Notes under the pieces: model-generated | Seen by the model: the letters and a program-made list of their open reading frames with translations, nothing else | Told to the model about the DNA's origin: nothing | Database searches by the model: none | NCBI GenBank assembly: GCA_000708835.1 | Contig: DF237258.1 | Span: 41,877 to 105,876 of the forward strand | Reading direction: 5' to 3' | Length of the DNA stretch: 64,000 nucleotides | DNA from: Klebsormidium nitens | Taxonomy: Eukaryota; Plantae; Klebsormidiophyceae | Position numbers and translations under genes: made by a program | In this document: positions 60,091-64,000 of the stretch, in pieces | Layout: each line of letters opens with the position of its first letter | Position numbering within the stretch: the first letter of the stretch is position 1

Positions 60091-63000
60091 TTACACTAAC
60101 AAGACCCCGTTGATGCAGCCATCGTTTTCTGGGTCGTTCGTTATCTGAGCGTACTTCCCTGCACAGTCATCGGAGTTTGTTAGTTCAATCACAGGGACTT
60201 TTGTTCATTCAACAAGAGGAAGGTGTCCGTCGAAAGCTCTTGTCACCACTCAACGAGACTGTGAAGACGTGATGCTTGTTGAGCACCTAAAATCTCTTCC
60301 AAGTGGTGGGAGCGTTGCTTACCCCAAACAACTTTGCCGGCAGGCGTCACCAGTCCAAGCTCGCTCACGTTCACCTGGAGACGAGACGAAAAGACGATGT
60401 CACGGACCACTGCCGTTTTTTGGCCTGCTCTTTCGAGGCGAAGCTGACTACTCGTCCAAGCTTGTTCAACAAAGAAAGTAGATTGTCAAAAGGTATTAGC
60501 GAATTTGCACGTTGCTCAAACACCACGCAGAGAACCACTGCGAACAAGTAATCCAACAAAGAAACGAATGAACGGGCGCAAAGGACTTTTCCCTAACCTC
60601 GATGATGGTCCCCTTCGTAAGGACCCCCATTTGTGTGTACATGGGCCCGTTCGGATTCTTTTTGACGCCAATGATTTCTAAGTTGAACGTGCACTTGAGC
60701 TCTGGGTGCGTGATATGTGCCTGGACATAACAATGGAAAGGCCATCAGTGAGGCCGTCCCCGCATTTCTTCGTTCAACAGACCCCTTTTCTGTGACCACT
60801 AAACTCTCTGATGCAGCCCTAATTTGACGCGTTTTTGGACTAGTAACGTCGCATATTACCAACTGGAAGCGCTTGTCCCAAGCACCAACCGCGAGCACGT
60901 CTGTTTACTACTCCTCTATTTAAGCAGGTCGCCTTGCCGAACTAACTTCGGGGTTTAGATCCCTCCAACGATCATGCACTTGATCGACTCGCATGGTCGT
61001 ATTGTCGTGAAACACCCGCGCCCTAGTATACGGGTTGCCTAGCCCCACAACCCTCAACCCTCACCTTGTTAAACCGCAGCCCCATGGGCCGAATGAATCT
61101 TTCGTACTTTGGGGGCTTCCGCGTGAAGCCAGGCCCGACAAAGGTCGCCTTGGTCACCATCCGCTTCCACGACTTGTCTGCAACGCAAAACAAATAAATG
61201 GTGAGCGACGACCAATTGTCGGCCCCAGACAAACGGATGGCTTCCTCTTGCAAAACACTCGCACAATGAAAAGTCCACTGCAACCAAAGGTGAGCACACA
61301 ATTCCACATGACGTAAGCGAGACAATCGCAGATCGCAAGGGGCTGAAAGGGAATCTTTGTTAGTGACAAGCAGAAGGCAACGTCTTTCACTCCACCCAAT
61401 CTGATGGTCCCCGAAATGCATGCGATTGAATCTGGATTTCGTCGATTATAGAGGGCTTCCGTCAAGTTGGAAACATACATTAAAATCAGAATATGGAGTT
61501 TCCGAACAGCACTGCGCTCCAACCTGTGCTTTACAAGGAAGGTTTGCAATAAGTGAAAGAGTGAAGACGCCCTTAAATTGTAAAGGAGGGGGAAACTCAC
61601 GTCTCCGCTTGCCCGACTTGAGGACCTTGAACATCTCGTCCTCCGCAATGGGCCGCACCTTGGGCAGGGGCACCTCCCACTTGCCCGCCTTCTCCTTCCG
61701 CTTTTGCTTGATGGTGTTGCTCAGAACCTGCAGACCCCAGATCAAAGACCGATCAGCCATTGAAACAAATCTGGCCCCTCCAGAATCTGTCAGGAGCGGA
61801 ATCAATTGCGGCTGCTTGAGCTTCAACTGGCAGAGGGTGGCGCACAGATAGACCAGGTGTAGGGCTGACTAAAAATGTGAAGTGGCCTTGAGAGCCCTCC
61901 TTTCAAGGCGAGAGTTAGCGATCCTGCCCGCCTGGCCTTACGACCAGACTCCAGAATGCCACTAGAGATCCTTCCAGGGCAACAAGCCCACTTCGACAAC
62001 ATTCCGATTGGTCGGAGACAGGTCGAAAATGACTCTCCGTCACCATACCCGCAATCAACCACACCAGTCAGCCTCAAAATGCAACTGGCATTCAGGAACC
62101 GAGCAGCTGAAGTACCGCGGCGCCAAGGGGATACAAGACCATTTTGTGCGATTGATTAAGTGTGGAAAGACTTGGGAATTCGCCGTGAGAAACGGACGAT
62201 ATGGTTTTCCACAAAACAACGTTTATCTGCTTGGTAGTTCGTCAGCAAAGTGGCGCTAACTTCCTATGTTTTCTTTGTATCGCCTCGATACCTTTCAGGG
62301 GCCATCTACCTCATGTGGCTTTCAGACTAACGGGCATCGGCTCCCCATCGCTGCCAGATATCCCACGATGTCTCCTTTAGATTCCCGATCAGTTCCAAGG
62401 TTGAACGCTGACCCCAAAATGATCACTTCAAGGTGAAACCCTTGGAGGTGCAGTACTTATGAAGACCACCAATTCATTGGAGCGGCAAGTGCAATCACCT
62501 AGCAAGCACGATTTTTCCTCCTGTAACAAGCAACCTCAAATTTCCGACCGTCATGTACAGTACAGCGGGCACTCTGATGCTGCCTCACCTTTGCTCTCGT
62601 CGTGGCCTCCCTATCCAGAAGGTATGCCGGCACTGCTCCCTCTGGGACTGCGTCCTCTGCTTTGTGCTTGTTGTCGCGCTCGCCATGCATGGCCAGCCTG
62701 AAGAAGACACGATGGCAATGAGCGCCTTTTTCAAGCTTCCGGTAGGCTCAAAGACATGTGGGGTCGAAACAACAATCCGTGCATGACTCCATCAAGCTGA
62801 GAAAACAAATGGGTACAAGACAGAAACTCAAGTCTGGAGGCACAAAATGAATGAGACTGGCCAAGCTGGAACCCTAATGCTAGGTAGAGTCAGCATGTAC
62901 CGCTTAACGACTCAACACATATGCGAACCCTAAAGCTGCGAAGGCAATCAAAACTTTTGCCTAACAATGATAACCTTGTTGATTGGGAAAGGCAGATGTG

Positions 63001-63653
63001 TAAGTTTGGCTTACGTCTTTTTCATAGTCGCCTTCTCCTGGAAGCGCTTCTTTGCATACAACTTCGCCTTGAGACCCAACACCTGCAGAGGAGGATGGGA
63101 GCCCATGTCAGCACTGCAGAAATCCAAGGCACTGAGGGACACAAGACCGGCAGGCAACATTGCTTCCGATGGACCGAAAATTGGGATTACTTCAAACGAG
63201 GCTACTTGCTACCTACAAGCGCGATGACAGGATTAGAAATGAATACTCCCCACCTTCTTTGCAAACGCTGAGCGTTTGTGGACCTCCCTGGCCTCCTTCT
63301 TCCGCTTCTTCTCAAAGTGGTCCAAGCGGTAGCCATGCCGCTTGCGATGTAACTCAATGTGGTCGCCCTGAGGCTGCACGAACCAAGACACAGAGCTGAA
63401 TTCAGGATCGACACGCAACAACAATAGGGCAATAGAGCCACGACGCTGGCAATCAAATGTTGGTGAAAGACAAGTCAAATATCCTGAGTATCCTCTGAAG
63501 CTCAAGCTTTCTACAAACCGTTCGCTAATCTGACCATTACCGTTACAAATGCACACAGCAACTTCTAGCGGCCTCTATCAGCCTACCATGCGACACTCGC
63601 CCACAAGAAGCAAGCATTGGTAGCGCACACGTTGCAGGATGGGAGCTTACCAT
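60091..63653 (-). CDS. NSA2: Ribosome biogenesis protein NSA2; 9 coding exons, the first being ATG only
   Basis: Exons 63653-63651, 63373-63254, 63082-63015, 62697-62589, 61727-61601, 61177-61065, 60720-60598, 60374-60323 and 60158-60091 give [33 protein letters not shown]...[35 protein letters not shown]...[49 protein letters not shown]...[46 protein letters not shown]. Confidence 0.97.
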
Positions 63654-64000
63654 GGTGGCTGCTGTAGGCAACTGTCAGAAGAAGAATTTGCAAGGCGGGC
63701 TGTCACTATATGAAGTAAGGATAACTACTAGAGCATTTGAGACTGTTTGGCCCTTCCGTTATACGAGAGCTCAGGATACAGGAAGTGAGGATCAAGCAGC
63801 TTCAACCTCAAATTTGTTCTGCGGAACCTTCAAATCCTGCACTGGGCGCCCTCAATGACAAAAGTCTGTTAATCTGAGCAGAGCTGAGACGTTTGCTTCA
63901 CAAGCTCCGTTCAGTCAGTTTGTTTGGGCAGAAGAGTTTTGTGCTTGCGAGCAGTCGTTTCGGTAATGGGTTAAGGTCGAACTTCCCTTATTCGAAAATT

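Noticed and set aside
60269-60551. Two plus-strand ORFs near the NSA2 3' end
   Set aside because: Antisense to NSA2 exon 8 and its flanking introns.

Overview
Intron-rich eukaryotic nuclear DNA with short GT-AG introns and GC-rich codons. The gene set and sequence style point to a streptophyte green alga (Klebsormidium-like; inference). Most ORFs in the track are single exons or antisense shadows, so I assembled gene models by hand from splice signals and reading-frame continuity. In order: LRR receptor-like kinase (+, 16 exons); intronless F-box/LRR-like/multi-TM gene broken by one frameshift and one TGA (-); DEG9 protease (-); orphan coiled-coil gene (-); a 175-bp MITE-like element. Nine genes in strictly alternating orientation follow: UFL1 (-), SmE (+), APRL/TXNDC15-like thioredoxin (-), DUF538 (+), DusA-type tRNA dihydrouridine synthase (-), TOP3A (+), EF-hand-TM gene A (-), EF-hand-TM-EGF gene B (+), NSA2 (-). 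The most novel-looking feature is the head-to-head paralogue pair at 50.3-58.5 kb. Both encode apparent type II membrane proteins with one cytosolic EF-hand, a basic helix, one TM segment and a shared beta-rich ectodomain, and they share five intron positions and phases. Gene B adds three EGF modules on phase 1-1 exons. TOP3A has an expanded tail of five CCHC knuckles and RGG linkers, with a homopolymer frameshift. I found no rRNA, tRNA or CRISPR. No database searches were run; family assignments rest on recognised motifs.
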